Made by a program: the position numbers and the translations under genes. A stretch of DNA of 64,000 bases from an uncultured Gemmataceae bacterium (lineage in GTDB: Bacteria > Planctomycetota > Planctomycetia > Gemmatales > Gemmataceae). The notes beneath the pieces are model-generated. The model was not told where the DNA came from, searched no databases, and saw only the letters and a program-made list of their open reading frames with translations. The stretch is from assembly GCA_963750165.1 (NCBI GenBank), contig CAVVPN010000012.1, positions 288,001-352,000 of the forward strand, given 5' to 3'. This document shows positions 1 through 9,471 of the stretch, piece by piece. Every line of letters starts with the position of its first letter. Within the stretch, counting starts at the first letter, position 1.

Positions 1-282
1 GCCCCAGGTTTGCGTCTGGTAACCGGAGGGCCTGCCGTTGTCCAGGACGCGCAGGGTGTCGTAGTAATACGTACCCGCGGACGGGTAGACCTTGAACACG
101 TCATGGTGGGCGCTGAACGCCAGGCCGATCTGCTTGAGATTGTTGCGGCAGACGGTGACGTTGGCGGCCTCGCGGACTTTTTGCACGGCGGGGAGGAGCA
201 GGCCGATGAGGACGGCGATGATGGCGATCACCACCAGCAACTCGATCAGCGTGAAGCCGGCTCTGCGGTGGGTGTGGGTCAT
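1..282 (-). CDS. DUF1559-family prepilin-type N-terminal cleavage/methylation protein (partial, runs off window start)
   Basis: Manual translation [55 protein letters not shown], the classic planctomycete [10 protein letters not shown]...[11 protein letters not shown] signature. Confidence 0.93.
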   Translation of the reverse strand, partial: MTHTHRRAGFTLIELLVVIAIIAVLIGLLLPAVQKVREAANVTVCRNNLKQIGLAFSAHHDVFKVYPSAGTYYYDTLRVLDNGRPSGYQTQTWG

Positions 283-317
283 GGCGGTGCCACCTCTTAC
301 TGCTGACCGCAGGCCAA

Positions 318-671
318 TCAGCCAGGGGAGCCAGACTCCAGGAAATGGATCATACGCCAGACGCGATCGATTTCCCCCCGCTCAATGACCTGAAGTGGCT
401 GCGAGCCACCAAAGGCCTTGTTTGGGGTTTTGAGCCAGGTCGCAAGCTGCTCGGGAGATGCGAACGACTGACGGAGTTTGGCGTACAGTCGGCCGATCTC
501 GACGATGGTGCGCAGTGAGGACTCTTTGAGGTCTGCGCCTGCCTCCCAGGTGGCCACGGAGCGCTCCGATAACCCGACCAGGCGTGCGAAGTCTGCTCGG
601 TTCAGTCCCATCTCGTGCCTGATCAAGAAAAATGTCCGCGTCCCCTTTTTCTTCCCGGCGTGCGACTCCAT
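318..671 (-). CDS. XRE-HTH plus Xre/MbcA/ParS-type antitoxin C-terminal domain
   Basis: [25 protein letters not shown] and C-terminal [18 protein letters not shown] motif. Start chosen at MESHAG. Confidence 0.8.
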   Translation of the reverse strand: MESHAGKKKGTRTFFLIRHEMGLNRADFARLVGLSERSVATWEAGADLKESSLRTIVEIGRLYAKLRQSFASPEQLATWLKTPNKAFGGSQPLQVIERGEIDRVWRMIHFLESGSPG

Positions 672-796
672 CCCCACGAGCTTCCCCCGCCACATCCTCG
701 TTGCAATGCGCGTATCCTGTACATGCACCTGATCACTGACGACCAGCTTCCCCACCTTTCTGCACCACGCAGAGTACCCAAAGCTCTCCATGTAAA

Positions 797-1222
797 TCAG
801 CCCATCCCCCTGACAAAGAACAAGACCCGAGGATAAACGAACAAGCAGGGCTGGGAACTGATCGGTTCAGAGGACACACGCGATGGGTCGTAGACCACGA
901 GCGCGTTATCGCTCTCCAGGGCTATCGCAAGACCGTTCTCCCGATCCTCCACGGACAGCAACTCGCCCACGCTGCTCGCGCGAAACCCCAAGTCGTCCGT
1001 CAACCACACCCGCTCAACGACTGGCCCCGGTCCAGCCGGCAAGTCGGGATAAAAGTACCCTCCGATCATCTGCATGCTGAAGATGCCGGCGAACCGAACG
1101 GGCTCTCGCGGTTCACCACCAAAGGTCTGGCGGAGGTACTCGACAAACGCTGGGGTCCGGTGGATTGCCCATACCTGAGCCAGTTGACAAGCGACACTCT
1201 CGCAAACGCGTTGGTGATCCAT
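797..1222 (-). CDS. Hypothetical protein, cassette-like
   Basis: 141-aa ORF with a GGAGAG RBS, preceded by a GTTCGGC box at 1263-1269. Confidence 0.55.
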   Translation of the reverse strand: MDHQRVCESVACQLAQVWAIHRTPAFVEYLRQTFGGEPREPVRFAGIFSMQMIGGYFYPDLPAGPGPVVERVWLTDDLGFRASSVGELLSVEDRENGLAIALESDNALVVYDPSRVSSEPISSQPCLFVYPRVLFFVRGMG

Positions 1223-1317
1223 TCCGGCTCTCCTTGCAACACGCGATCGCAGGGTGTCCCTCGCCGAACGTGAATTAGAGCGCGCCGCGCGCCCTAACAA
1301 GGTTGGGTTTTCAGGTT

Positions 1318-1369
1318 TTACGCTCAGCGGCGGGCGCTGACAAAGCGCAGCGCCCGCCGCTGAGCGTAA
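1318..1369. repeat. REP-like palindrome
   Basis: ttacgctcagcggcgggcgctg / 8-nt loop / cagcgcccgccgctgagcgtaa, perfect 22-bp arms. Confidence 0.85.
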
Positions 1370-1501
1370 CTTCGCGGTTGCCGGATTGCAAGTGACGCGC
1401 GCCGGAATCCGCAAAAGCCACCCCGAGAGTCTTTAGAGCCGGCCCGAGGAGCCCCTGCGCTCGGAGGGAAGTGCAGCCGAACATCGACGGACGCGACGGC
1501 C

Positions 1502-2377
1502 CTACGGTCGCTCCGGGCGTTCGCCCAGGAACGTCGCCAGCCCCCGCCGCGACGCCTGGCGGTACACCGGCTCCAGCGCGTCCAGGAACGGCTCCGTGCC
1601 GCGCCAGAACGGAAAGCCGCCCAACCGCTTCGGCAGCCCCGCCGCCACCGGCGCCAGCTCCACGTCGCCGTAGAAATCGGCCGGCAACTCCCCCATCGAC
1701 CAAAACGCCTTCGGGTCCGCCGGCAACGGCTCCCCGGCCGCCACTGCCTTCGCCGCGGTCTTGCCGGACGGTGTCGCCTTGGCGCCGGCGGTGCCGAGTC
1801 GGGCGCACAACTCCTCACGGTCCAGGCCGCGCAGCCGCATCAGCAGGAACGGGTCGCGGTCAAACTCCTCCGCCAGCAGGTAATAGACCGCCGCGATGTG
1901 CTTGCACGGGTTGGAATAGTCCGGACAGGAACACGATGTCTTCAGATCGCCCGACCGCCGCGGAAACAGCGACAGCCCGGCGTCCTCGAAGACCTTTTCG
2001 ATCTCCTCCGGCATCTCGCCGGCCAGGAGCTTGGCGACGAACAGCGCTTCGCCGGCCAGGTCCGCGGTCACGCGCGCCCAGTCCTTTTTCGACAGCTCCT
2101 GTAGCTGTATGGTCACAGCGTACGGCTGCGGCCGCGAGCCCTGCACCTTCGCCTTGACCTCGCCCTTGGCGATGTCGATGGACAGCACCTGGCCGCCGCG
2201 AGCGTAGGAGCGGCCGCGCTGCAGGCGGGCGCCGATGTCAAAACTTTCCAGCACCTCGACCCAGCGCCGGCCCCACCAGGTGGCGCCGAACTGGCCGCGC
2301 TTCGACTGCGCCTTGATGCCGCCCTTGGCCTGGCGCGGTTTCGATTTCGGGAACCGATAAAAATCGCGATACCACAT
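1502..2377 (-). CDS. SWIM zinc-finger protein (YwqB-like)
   Basis: RLQRGRSYAR, VQGSRPQPY and SWIM motif CSCPD...PCKHIAA; directly downstream of the SNF2 gene. Confidence 0.92.
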   Translation of the reverse strand: MWYRDFYRFPKSKPRQAKGGIKAQSKRGQFGATWWGRRWVEVLESFDIGARLQRGRSYARGGQVLSIDIAKGEVKAKVQGSRPQPYAVTIQLQELSKKDWARVTADLAGEALFVAKLLAGEMPEEIEKVFEDAGLSLFPRRSGDLKTSCSCPDYSNPCKHIAAVYYLLAEEFDRDPFLLMRLRGLDREELCARLGTAGAKATPSGKTAAKAVAAGEPLPADPKAFWSMGELPADFYGDVELAPVAAGLPKRLGGFPFWRGTEPFLDALEPVYRQASRRGLATFLGERPERP

Positions 2378-2379
2378 CG

Positions 2380-5300
2380 TTATTCTCCGATGGCCTCCTG
2401 CCGCAGGGTGAGCAGGTCCTTGAGTTGTTCATTGGACAGTTCCGTCAACCACGCCTCGCCCGTGCCGACCACGCGCTCGGCCACTTCCTTTTTCCGCTCC
2501 AGCATCTCGTCGATCTTCTCTTCCAGCGTACCAACGCACAGGAACTTGTGGACCTGCAAGTTCCGCGTCTGGCCGATGCGGAAGGCGCGGTCGGTCGCCT
2601 GGTTCTCCACGGCGGGGTTCCACCAGCGGTCGAAGTGGAAGACATGGTTGGCGGCGGTCAGGTTGAGGCCGGTGCCACCCGCCTTGAGCGACAGCAGGAA
2701 CAACCGCGGCCCGGCGCCGGCGGCCTGGAAGCGCGCCACCAGCTGGTCGCGCTGCTTGCGCGGCACGCCGCCGTGCAGGAACAGCACCTCACGGCCGAAC
2801 GTCTCCTGCAAATGCTTGCGGATGATGTCGCCCATCTCGGTGAACTGCGTGAAGATCAGCGCCCGGTCGTCCGGCGTTTGCAGCATCTCGTCGAGCATTT
2901 CCGTCAGGCGGGCCAGCTTGCCCGAGCGGCCCGCGGCGGGCGAGTGGTCGCCGAGGAACTGCGCCGGGTGGTTGCACACCTGCTTCAGCTTCGACAGCGT
3001 CCCCAGGATCACGCCCTTGCGCTGGATGCCCTCCGTGCCCTTCAGGCCCCGGTCCAGGTCCGCCACCACTGCGGCGTACAGCGACGCCTGCTCCTTCGTC
3101 AGATTGCAGTAGACCTTCATTTCCTGCTTGTCGGGCAGGTCGGCGATCACCGCCTTGTCGGTCTTGAGGCGGCGGAGCAGGAACAGGCCGGTCAGCTTCT
3201 GCAACCGCCCGGCCGCCGTGGGGTCGTGCTGCACCTGGATGGGGATGAAGAACGACCGGCGGAACTCGCTCTGGCTGCCCAGGAAGCCGGGGTTGAGAAA
3301 TTGCCAGATCGACCACAGATCGCCGACGTGGTTCTCGACTGGCGTGCCGGTCAGCGCGACGCGGAAGTCCGCCGTCAGGCTGCGAGCCGCCTGTGCCTGC
3401 TTCGTCTCTGGATTCTTGATGTTCTGGGCCTCGTCGAGGATTACGCCGGCCCATTTCACGCCCTGGAACAGCGCCGCGTCGCGGTGCAGCAGGGCGTAAC
3501 TCGTCAGGACCAGGGCGTGCTGCCCGGCCGCCGCGGCGAAGGGGTCGCCGCGGGTGCGCTTCAGGCCGTGATGGATCAGCACCGGCAAATTGGGCGTGAA
3601 GCGCTCCGCCTCCTTCTTCCAGTTGCCGACGACCGACATGGGGCAGACCAGCAACGTCGGCCGCCGCCGACCGGCCTCCCAGTCGCGCTGGATCAGGGCC
3701 AGCGTCTGCACCGTTTTGCCCAGGCCCATGTCATCGGCCAGGCACGCGCCCAGGCCCCAGTCGTGCAGGAAATGCAACCACGAATAGCCGCGCACCTGGT
3801 AGGGCCGCAGGGTGCCGTGCAGTTCGGCCGGCGGCGCCAGTTCGGCGAACTTCGCCCGGCCCTCCAGTTTGGCGAGAAAATCCTCCACCCAGCCCGTGGC
3901 CGAGACGCCGGCGACCGACAGCCCGCCCGGAGCCGTCTTCGCCCCAAGCGCCATCTGCACCAGTTCCTTGAGCGTCGCCTGGCCGGACTCCTGCTTCTTC
4001 CAGAAGTCGAGGGCCGCCTGCAATTCCTCGGCGGACACCTGCACCCACTGGCCGCGCACCTGCACCAGCGGCACCTTCAAGCGGGCCAGCGCCTCCAGTT
4101 CCTTGAACGTCAGCGTGTGCTCGCCGAGCGCCACCTGCCATTCAAACTTGACCAGTTCTTCCAGCGTCAAGCCGCTGCCGCCCTGCATCGGCGGCCTCTT
4201 GACGTGAGCGCGGACGGCCAGCTTTTGCTTCGTGCCCTTGCCGGTCCACCACGCCGGCAACAGTACGCCGAAGCCGGCCTGCTCCAGCAGCCAGGCGGTT
4301 TCGGTCAGGAAGCGGTGGGCGCCCGCGGCGTCGGTGGTGAAGTCAGCCGGCGCCGCGCTCTTCAGGCTCGCCTCGATGCTGGGCGATAATCCCGCCGCCT
4401 GGCCGAGTGCCGTGAGCAAAAATTCGCGGGGCTGAAAGCCGTCGCGGCGCAGCACCGCGGCAGTGCGGCCGCGCGGCTCCAAGGCGTCGGCCACGGGGAT
4501 GAGCAGACTTAGATCGTCCTGGGCCTGGAGGAGATAGCGCACCGTCCAGGGAGTTTTTCCCGGCTCCGGGACCGTGAGTTCGCCGTTGGTCGGTGGTTCT
4601 TCGAGGCGAAAGCACAGGCGGAACGGGGCCTCGGCTGTGACCGCCGCGGGCCGCCGCCAGGTGTGGACCTGCTCGGCCAGGCCGGCCAGTTCGGAAGCGC
4701 CGCCGCTCAGCGTGCCGTCGCCACTGCGCAGGGCATGCAGCCACTGATCGTGGAGACTATCGAAGACGGCCGCCTTCTTGCCCGTGCGGCGTGGCGGGGC
4801 CGTTGGTGCGGCCGCCGGCGCGGTGGCGCGGACCAGGGCATCGACCATGACGCCGACGAACGCGGTGAGCACCGTGGTCGCCGGCGTATCCGGCGCCGCA
4901 TCGGCGGTCGATGACAGGGCGCGGCAGGCGCCGGGCATGGCGCGGGCCAGCTGGTTGAAGCGCTGGCGGTCGGCCCCGGCTGGCGCTGGCTTCCAGGCGG
5001 CGCGCCAGGTGTCCGCGATGGCATCCACATCCGGCAAAAATTCCTCCCGGGCGGCGAGAGCGCCGGCGAAGCGGAGCGCGGTGGCCCAGTACGCCAGCGT
5101 CGCGCCGACGAGGACGCCGGGGGCCAGGGCGGTGTGATCCAGGCAGGCGGACAGCAGATCGATGGCCTGGTGCGGCGACAGCGGCAGGGCGGTCAGTTGC
5201 CACGGAGCCAGGGCGGCGCCCTCGGCGGTCTGTTCGCCGATGAGCGGGTTGGAGGGAATCGGCCGCCCCTCGACGGTGGGCAGCCAGACGTTGAGCGCTT

Positions 5301-5511
5301 CGCCGGCCGCGAGTTTTTCTTTCCAGCCGGGGAGGGTGGTTTGCAGGACGGCGGCCAGTTCCTTCGGCGCGGCGGCGAAGGGCAGGGGTTGAATCTGCGG
5401 CACTTTTGGCGCCCGGCCGCGCTTCTTGACGGGTGGGCTCGCCGGGTCGGCGGACGCTTCGCCCCAGAGGAGGAAGCGGCCGTCGATCAGTCCGGCTTGC
5501 AGGATTAGCAT
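2380..5511 (-). CDS. SNF2-family helicase/ATPase (YwqA/DUF3670-type)
   Basis: LRPYQ, LADDMGLGKT, DEAQNIKN, LTGTPVEN, GLNLTAANHV and QATDRAFRIGQ motifs. Confidence 0.96.
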   Translation of the reverse strand: MLILQAGLIDGRFLLWGEASADPASPPVKKRGRAPKVPQIQPLPFAAAPKELAAVLQTTLPGWKEKLAAGEALNVWLPTVEGRPIPSNPLIGEQTAEGAALAPWQLTALPLSPHQAIDLLSACLDHTALAPGVLVGATLAYWATALRFAGALAAREEFLPDVDAIADTWRAAWKPAPAGADRQRFNQLARAMPGACRALSSTADAAPDTPATTVLTAFVGVMVDALVRATAPAAAPTAPPRRTGKKAAVFDSLHDQWLHALRSGDGTLSGGASELAGLAEQVHTWRRPAAVTAEAPFRLCFRLEEPPTNGELTVPEPGKTPWTVRYLLQAQDDLSLLIPVADALEPRGRTAAVLRRDGFQPREFLLTALGQAAGLSPSIEASLKSAAPADFTTDAAGAHRFLTETAWLLEQAGFGVLLPAWWTGKGTKQKLAVRAHVKRPPMQGGSGLTLEELVKFEWQVALGEHTLTFKELEALARLKVPLVQVRGQWVQVSAEELQAALDFWKKQESGQATLKELVQMALGAKTAPGGLSVAGVSATGWVEDFLAKLEGRAKFAELAPPAELHGTLRPYQVRGYSWLHFLHDWGLGACLADDMGLGKTVQTLALIQRDWEAGRRRPTLLVCPMSVVGNWKKEAERFTPNLPVLIHHGLKRTRGDPFAAAAGQHALVLTSYALLHRDAALFQGVKWAGVILDEAQNIKNPETKQAQAARSLTADFRVALTGTPVENHVGDLWSIWQFLNPGFLGSQSEFRRSFFIPIQVQHDPTAAGRLQKLTGLFLLRRLKTDKAVIADLPDKQEMKVYCNLTKEQASLYAAVVADLDRGLKGTEGIQRKGVILGTLSKLKQVCNHPAQFLGDHSPAAGRSGKLARLTEMLDEMLQTPDDRALIFTQFTEMGDIIRKHLQETFGREVLFLHGGVPRKQRDQLVARFQAAGAGPRLFLLSLKAGGTGLNLTAANHVFHFDRWWNPAVENQATDRAFRIGQTRNLQVHKFLCVGTLEEKIDEMLERKKEVAERVVGTGEAWLTELSNEQLKDLLTLRQEAIGE

Positions 5512-5840
5512 GCTGTGGCCCCCGCGGTTAAATACACTTCGGCCACTTCGGTGTACACTTCCTCGCCTGGGCTTTTTTCAAATTTGATCTCGTACAATCT
5601 CCTGCCGCCCACCCCGAGGCCGCCGCGGTCCTCAACCACTCTCCCCGTGACCCAGCCGCTGCCAAAGGGGAAGGAGACGAGATCCCCGAACTTAGGAGGC
5701 GCCGAACAACAACTTCCAAGAGTAGGACGGCTCTCCAGAGCCGTCGGGACGGCTCTGGAGAGCCGTCCTACGAAGTTGTTGTTCGGCGCCTCCTTATACC
5801 GGGGCGGCGGCGGTTTCCCAGGTCTCTTGATCTTCACCAT
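5505..5840 (-). CDS. Small SH3/KOW-like protein carrying an in-frame MITE insertion
   Basis: Paralog of 14623-14855 (GDLVSFPFGSGWVTxRVVEDRGGLGxGGRR); 34 extra codons come from the element at 5695-5793; stop overlaps the SNF2 start. Confidence 0.7.
   Translation of the reverse strand: MVKIKRPGKPPPPRYKEAPNNNFVGRLSRAVPTALESRPTLGSCCSAPPKFGDLVSFPFGSGWVTGRVVEDRGGLGVGGRRLYEIKFEKSPGEEVYTEVAEVYLTAGATAC
5695..5793. mobile_element. 99-bp MITE with 22-bp TIRs, TTA duplication and an internal GTAG-type REP palindrome
   Basis: TIR ggaggcgccgaacaacaacttc / gaagttgttgttcggcgcctcc; tta at 5692-5694 and 5794-5796; inner gtaggacggctctccagagccgtc-gg-gacggctctggagagccgtcctac. Confidence 0.88.
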
Positions 5841-6011
5841 GAGCAAATTCCCTCACCAGGGGTAATACCCCGTTCGCTGTCGCAGCAAGGGAGCCAAGGG
5901 AGCCAACGTTTGCACACATCGAGATGCGGCGCCCTGGCCGCGTGGGAGTGGCACGGCGCGACAACCAGCGGCGGCGGTTGCCACAGCAAGGACGCCAAGA
6001 ACGCCAAGAAC

Positions 6012-6551
6012 GCCAACTTTTTCATACGTCGAGATGCGGCGCCTGGCAGCGCCGGCCTGCCGTTTGTGGGCCACGCGACTGCGAACCGCGCTGGAGCACC
6101 CCGGCCTACTGCCTGGAAGTCAAGGACTCCCAGTCGGCCGAAATCGCCACCAATGGTCCCCTGGTTGGCGTTAGCGGTTCCACAGGCGATACGCTTGCGA
6201 CGGCAATAGGCAGACCTCGAACCGGTAACTCTACCCTGCGGTTACCGTACCTGGACCAATCGGGCGCGTCAACCCGGCGAACCCCCTCCCGCCCTGAGCG
6301 ACAGCAGGAACAGCCACAGCCCCGCGCTGGTGGTCTGGAGGCGTGGTCCGCGCTGTGTTCCGCTCGACGTGCGTGATGGATCATCTGCCAGCAAGTGATG
6401 GCCTGGTCTTCTGACCAAGCCACGCGGCCCGACCGAAGGTCTCCTCCGGGATGCCGGGGAGACCTTCGGTCGGGCACGCTGACACGGTCGGGAGACCGTG
6501 CCACAATGGGGTAAATGAACCTGACCCCTTTCTCCTCTGCTTTCTCCTCTC
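6012..6551. repeat. ~540-bp direct repeat, copy A (relics of HEPN and SNF2 genes plus a REP hairpin)
   Basis: Aligns by eye with 14003-14544 with scattered substitutions; the minus strand encodes LPSQAYRLW, NANQGTIGGDFGRLGV and LFLLSLRAGG fragments. Confidence 0.88.
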
Positions 6552-6768
6552 ACACTGCCGACTCCGCCCAGCGCGTATATGTCTCGAAATACACGAGAAA
6601 GTGCCGGTCGGCGTTGCGAGCGCGGAAGGCGCGGTCGGCCAGGCGCTCCGTCGTCTGTAACGTATCGCCGATCTGATCCAGTTTCTCCAACTGAATGCCC
6701 GCGAGCCGCATCAGGCCGTCGCCGGACAACCGCGTCACGATCTTGAAACCGGCATCAAAGTCCGCCAT
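6550..6768 (-). pseudogene. N-terminal fragment of an Rpn-like PD-(D/E)xK protein
   Basis: MADFDAGFK...ERLADRAF...FLVYFE resembles the Rpn/DUF4351-associated N-terminus; ends exactly at the repeat boundary. Confidence 0.55.
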
Positions 6769-6911
6769 GTTCAGGCCCTGCCCGCGTGCAAGATGGAAGC
6801 AAGCGCACCCCCGCCAGCGCCGCCGGTTACAATGGCCCTGAGCGGCTTGCTGACGCCGTCTCTACAGGGTATCTTGAAACGAGTGCCTGCATCCACGGTG
6901 CGAGGTTTACC

Positions 6912-7238
6912 ATGAAGCAGATTGAATACGCCCCTGCCGTTGAGATGTCGATGAGTGCCCTCACCCCCGAGGGTGTCCGCAGGGTTCAGGCCTGGTTTGA
7001 CTACCTGCGGCGGTGGGACGAGGATGAAGTGGTGCGCAAAAACGCTCTGCCGCTACCCGGCCACGAAGGCGTCTACCTGCTGCTCACGACCACCGACCTC
7101 CGGATTTTCTTCCGCATCGACGGCGATACGATCACGGTCCTGGATGTCACCACGCAAGCGGTCATTAATGCTTCCGCGGGCATCAGCGTCGGCGGGTCGG
7201 CGGCTGTGGGCGTGGCCCCTGGCGAAACGAAGCCGTAA
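6912..7238 (+). CDS. RelE/ParE-fold toxin-like protein
   Basis: About 108 aa; IEYAPAV...GVYLL...DLRIFFRIDGDTITVLDV pattern; GAGG RBS. Confidence 0.6.
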   Translation: MKQIEYAPAVEMSMSALTPEGVRRVQAWFDYLRRWDEDEVVRKNALPLPGHEGVYLLLTTTDLRIFFRIDGDTITVLDVTTQAVINASAGISVGGSAAVGVAPGETKP

Positions 7239-7254
7239 TGCACGGCAGAAGTCG

Positions 7255-8388
7255 TCAGTCAAACAGTATGCCCTGTACCGGGCGCATGTTGAGGCGAAGA
7301 AGTGGGTTGGACTTCTCGGCGAATTTCCCAACGGCTTCAATGCTACCCTGTAGCTTCAACTCACGAATCACTTCGTTAAGGTGCGTTGACAGCCATAGTT
7401 CTTCACGGAGTGCTTCGTTCAACTCCTTCCAATGCTTCGGGGCAGTCCTAAGTTTTTCCTTCACCCAGTCACGCAGAGGCGCCAAGTACGAATCGGACTC
7501 GATGAAGATCTGCTGGTCCGGGCCATCCGCCTTGCTAGCGTAGTAGCCGCCGTCGGGGCTCGCGTCCCAGATACACTTTTTCATCAGATCCCGACCGGCG
7601 TCGTGGTTCGTGAGGTGCAAAAGGAAGTACCGAATTCGGTTGTTGTCGAGCATGCGAATGTGCGTGCCCCATTCCGCACTGGTCATCTTGCGGAACAGGT
7701 CGGCGCACTGCTCGGCGCGGTCGTCCGAGTCTTCGGCGTCGATCTTCATCCAGCCGTCCCCGTCGAAGATGCTGGTCAAGATCGGCACCTGCGATGGATC
7801 GCCCTTCAGGCTCTGCTGGATTGCCATGTCGAGTTCGCGCCAGATGACGTTCAGGAAAACTTCGACCTTGGGGTACTTCATGAGCTTGCGCAGGAGCTTC
7901 CCCGGCACCTTGAAGCCATACGGGTCGATGAAGTAAAAGCCGGGGGCGACGTTCTTGCCCTCCTGCTCGACGGCGGCGACTGCTTCCTCGACCAGTTGGA
8001 AGCAGTCGCCGTGAAACGTATCGACGGCGACGTTCTTCGGCAGGGTGTGAGCCGTCAGTTCTTGCTTCAGGGCCGCGACGTTCTGCTCGTCGCGCTCGAT
8101 GAAGTAAAACTGCACCTCCGTCTTCTGGAGGATGGAACCACGGGCGGCGTGGTCGAGCAAAGTCGTCAGGGCGACCAGTGGCGACCCGAGTTTGCCGCTT
8201 AGATGCTTTCCGCGCCCCGCGTGCGTGTCGATGTACAGCAGGCGGCTGCACCCGTTCGCCCCGAGGGACATCTTGGGGAGCCACCCGTTCAGGTAACCCC
8301 TGATGAGTTCGTGCTTTATTTTCTGGAGGTTGGTATACTCCCGCCAGTATTTTGGGTTTTGGTCTGCTTGGATGATCATCCTCATCAC
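7255..8388 (-). CDS. tcmP: Three-Cys-motif partner protein TcmP (SAM-MTase-like fold plus wHTH)
   Basis: KHELIRGYL..W, LYIDTHAGRG, FYFIDPYG, YFLLHLTNHDAGRDLMK; adjacent to DUF5131. Confidence 0.88.
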   Translation of the reverse strand: MMRMIIQADQNPKYWREYTNLQKIKHELIRGYLNGWLPKMSLGANGCSRLLYIDTHAGRGKHLSGKLGSPLVALTTLLDHAARGSILQKTEVQFYFIERDEQNVAALKQELTAHTLPKNVAVDTFHGDCFQLVEEAVAAVEQEGKNVAPGFYFIDPYGFKVPGKLLRKLMKYPKVEVFLNVIWRELDMAIQQSLKGDPSQVPILTSIFDGDGWMKIDAEDSDDRAEQCADLFRKMTSAEWGTHIRMLDNNRIRYFLLHLTNHDAGRDLMKKCIWDASPDGGYYASKADGPDQQIFIESDSYLAPLRDWVKEKLRTAPKHWKELNEALREELWLSTHLNEVIRELKLQGSIEAVGKFAEKSNPLLRLNMRPVQGILFD

Positions 8389-8415
8389 CGATGTTTGCCT
8401 TGTCCGGCCCGGCGC

Positions 8416-9471
8416 TCACCCCGCACCGTTCCGCTCGTTGCCCCTGCGTGTCTTCCATGCTTTTTTCGCAGCCTCGCTCCTCTTCTTCTCCAGTTCCTTG
8501 CGTCTCCGGGTTTCCCATGCCTTGAGGGCGGCCAACCGCCCCTTGCTTGGGACTTCAACAACTTCAAGAGGCGTCCGGGTGACGGTCTCCGCAAACAGGG
8601 GAAATTCCGCCTGTTGCACCTTAGCCACTGCGCGCCGCGGCATCTCCCGCACCCGGACCTGCGTGGGCCACTCGCTCCAGTCCCCAGCGTGGCTGTCGCG
8701 GAAGCGGAGATTCTGCCCCTTGGAGAAAACCGCGCTCCCAAGTTGCTTTAGGAAGAAGGCCAAGCCGACTTCCTTGCACTGGCCGATCAAGTCCACGGCC
8801 CATTCCAGTTGGAAGGAGCGGGCGGACCGGCCCGACTCACCGCCTTGAATGACCCAGTCTAGACCGGGCAACCACTCGCCGAGTGCCATTGCCTCACGCT
8901 GCGGCTCCACTGACAAAAACCTTATTGTGTCATCGTCTCCGACGCGCAGCAAGTGTTTGATGCGGCTGGTCGTGGCCATCGTGGTAATACTCGTCCCAGC
9001 CCACAGGTTCTTGGGCCATCCGACGCCTTTCTCCTTCAGCGCTTCGCAGAACTGGGCCATGCGGTCGGCGCGCTTCGTCAGCCACAGCCAGTAGTGTCGT
9101 CGGCCGCTCAGCGAGGTCACATTGGCGATGATCTCTTGCTCAAGGAAGTCGAAAGGAACAGCGGCCGAGAGGGCATCCGACATGTCTGAGACAAAGATTA
9201 GTCGCGGCAAGCCGTCCAACCACGGTTTGTCCTTCCGGGATGTGCCCGTCAGATCAGTCCACCGTGCCGCCATCGCCATACGGCCAGGCCAGCGGGTCAG
9301 TTCCTCAAAAGTTGGCGAGAACCCCTTCGTCACACCGCCGTAGCGCTGGTGCAGCACCCCGGCATAGCACGACCTCTCTCCGGTCTTCGTGTTCCAGAGT
9401 TCACACCCCTCGCAGCCCATTGTCGGGTTGCAAGTGCTGTCGCACCACTGGATTTTGGTCGAGCTACTCAT
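8416..9471 (-). CDS. DUF5131 / phage Gp37-Gp68 family protein with a basic C-terminal extension
   Basis: TKIQWCDSTCNPTMGC..C...CYA, FVSDMSD, LTKR, FLSVEP, WVIQGGESG, FFLKQLG. Confidence 0.92.
   Translation of the reverse strand: MSSSTKIQWCDSTCNPTMGCEGCELWNTKTGERSCYAGVLHQRYGGVTKGFSPTFEELTRWPGRMAMAARWTDLTGTSRKDKPWLDGLPRLIFVSDMSDALSAAVPFDFLEQEIIANVTSLSGRRHYWLWLTKRADRMAQFCEALKEKGVGWPKNLWAGTSITTMATTSRIKHLLRVGDDDTIRFLSVEPQREAMALGEWLPGLDWVIQGGESGRSARSFQLEWAVDLIGQCKEVGLAFFLKQLGSAVFSKGQNLRFRDSHAGDWSEWPTQVRVREMPRRAVAKVQQAEFPLFAETVTRTPLEVVEVPSKGRLAALKAWETRRRKELEKKRSEAAKKAWKTRRGNERNGAG

Noticed and set aside
1502..5511. SWIM-SNF2 pair as a novel system
   Set aside because: A widespread, previously noted gene pair (YwqA/YwqB type); only its HEPN/SH3 context is reported as a finding.
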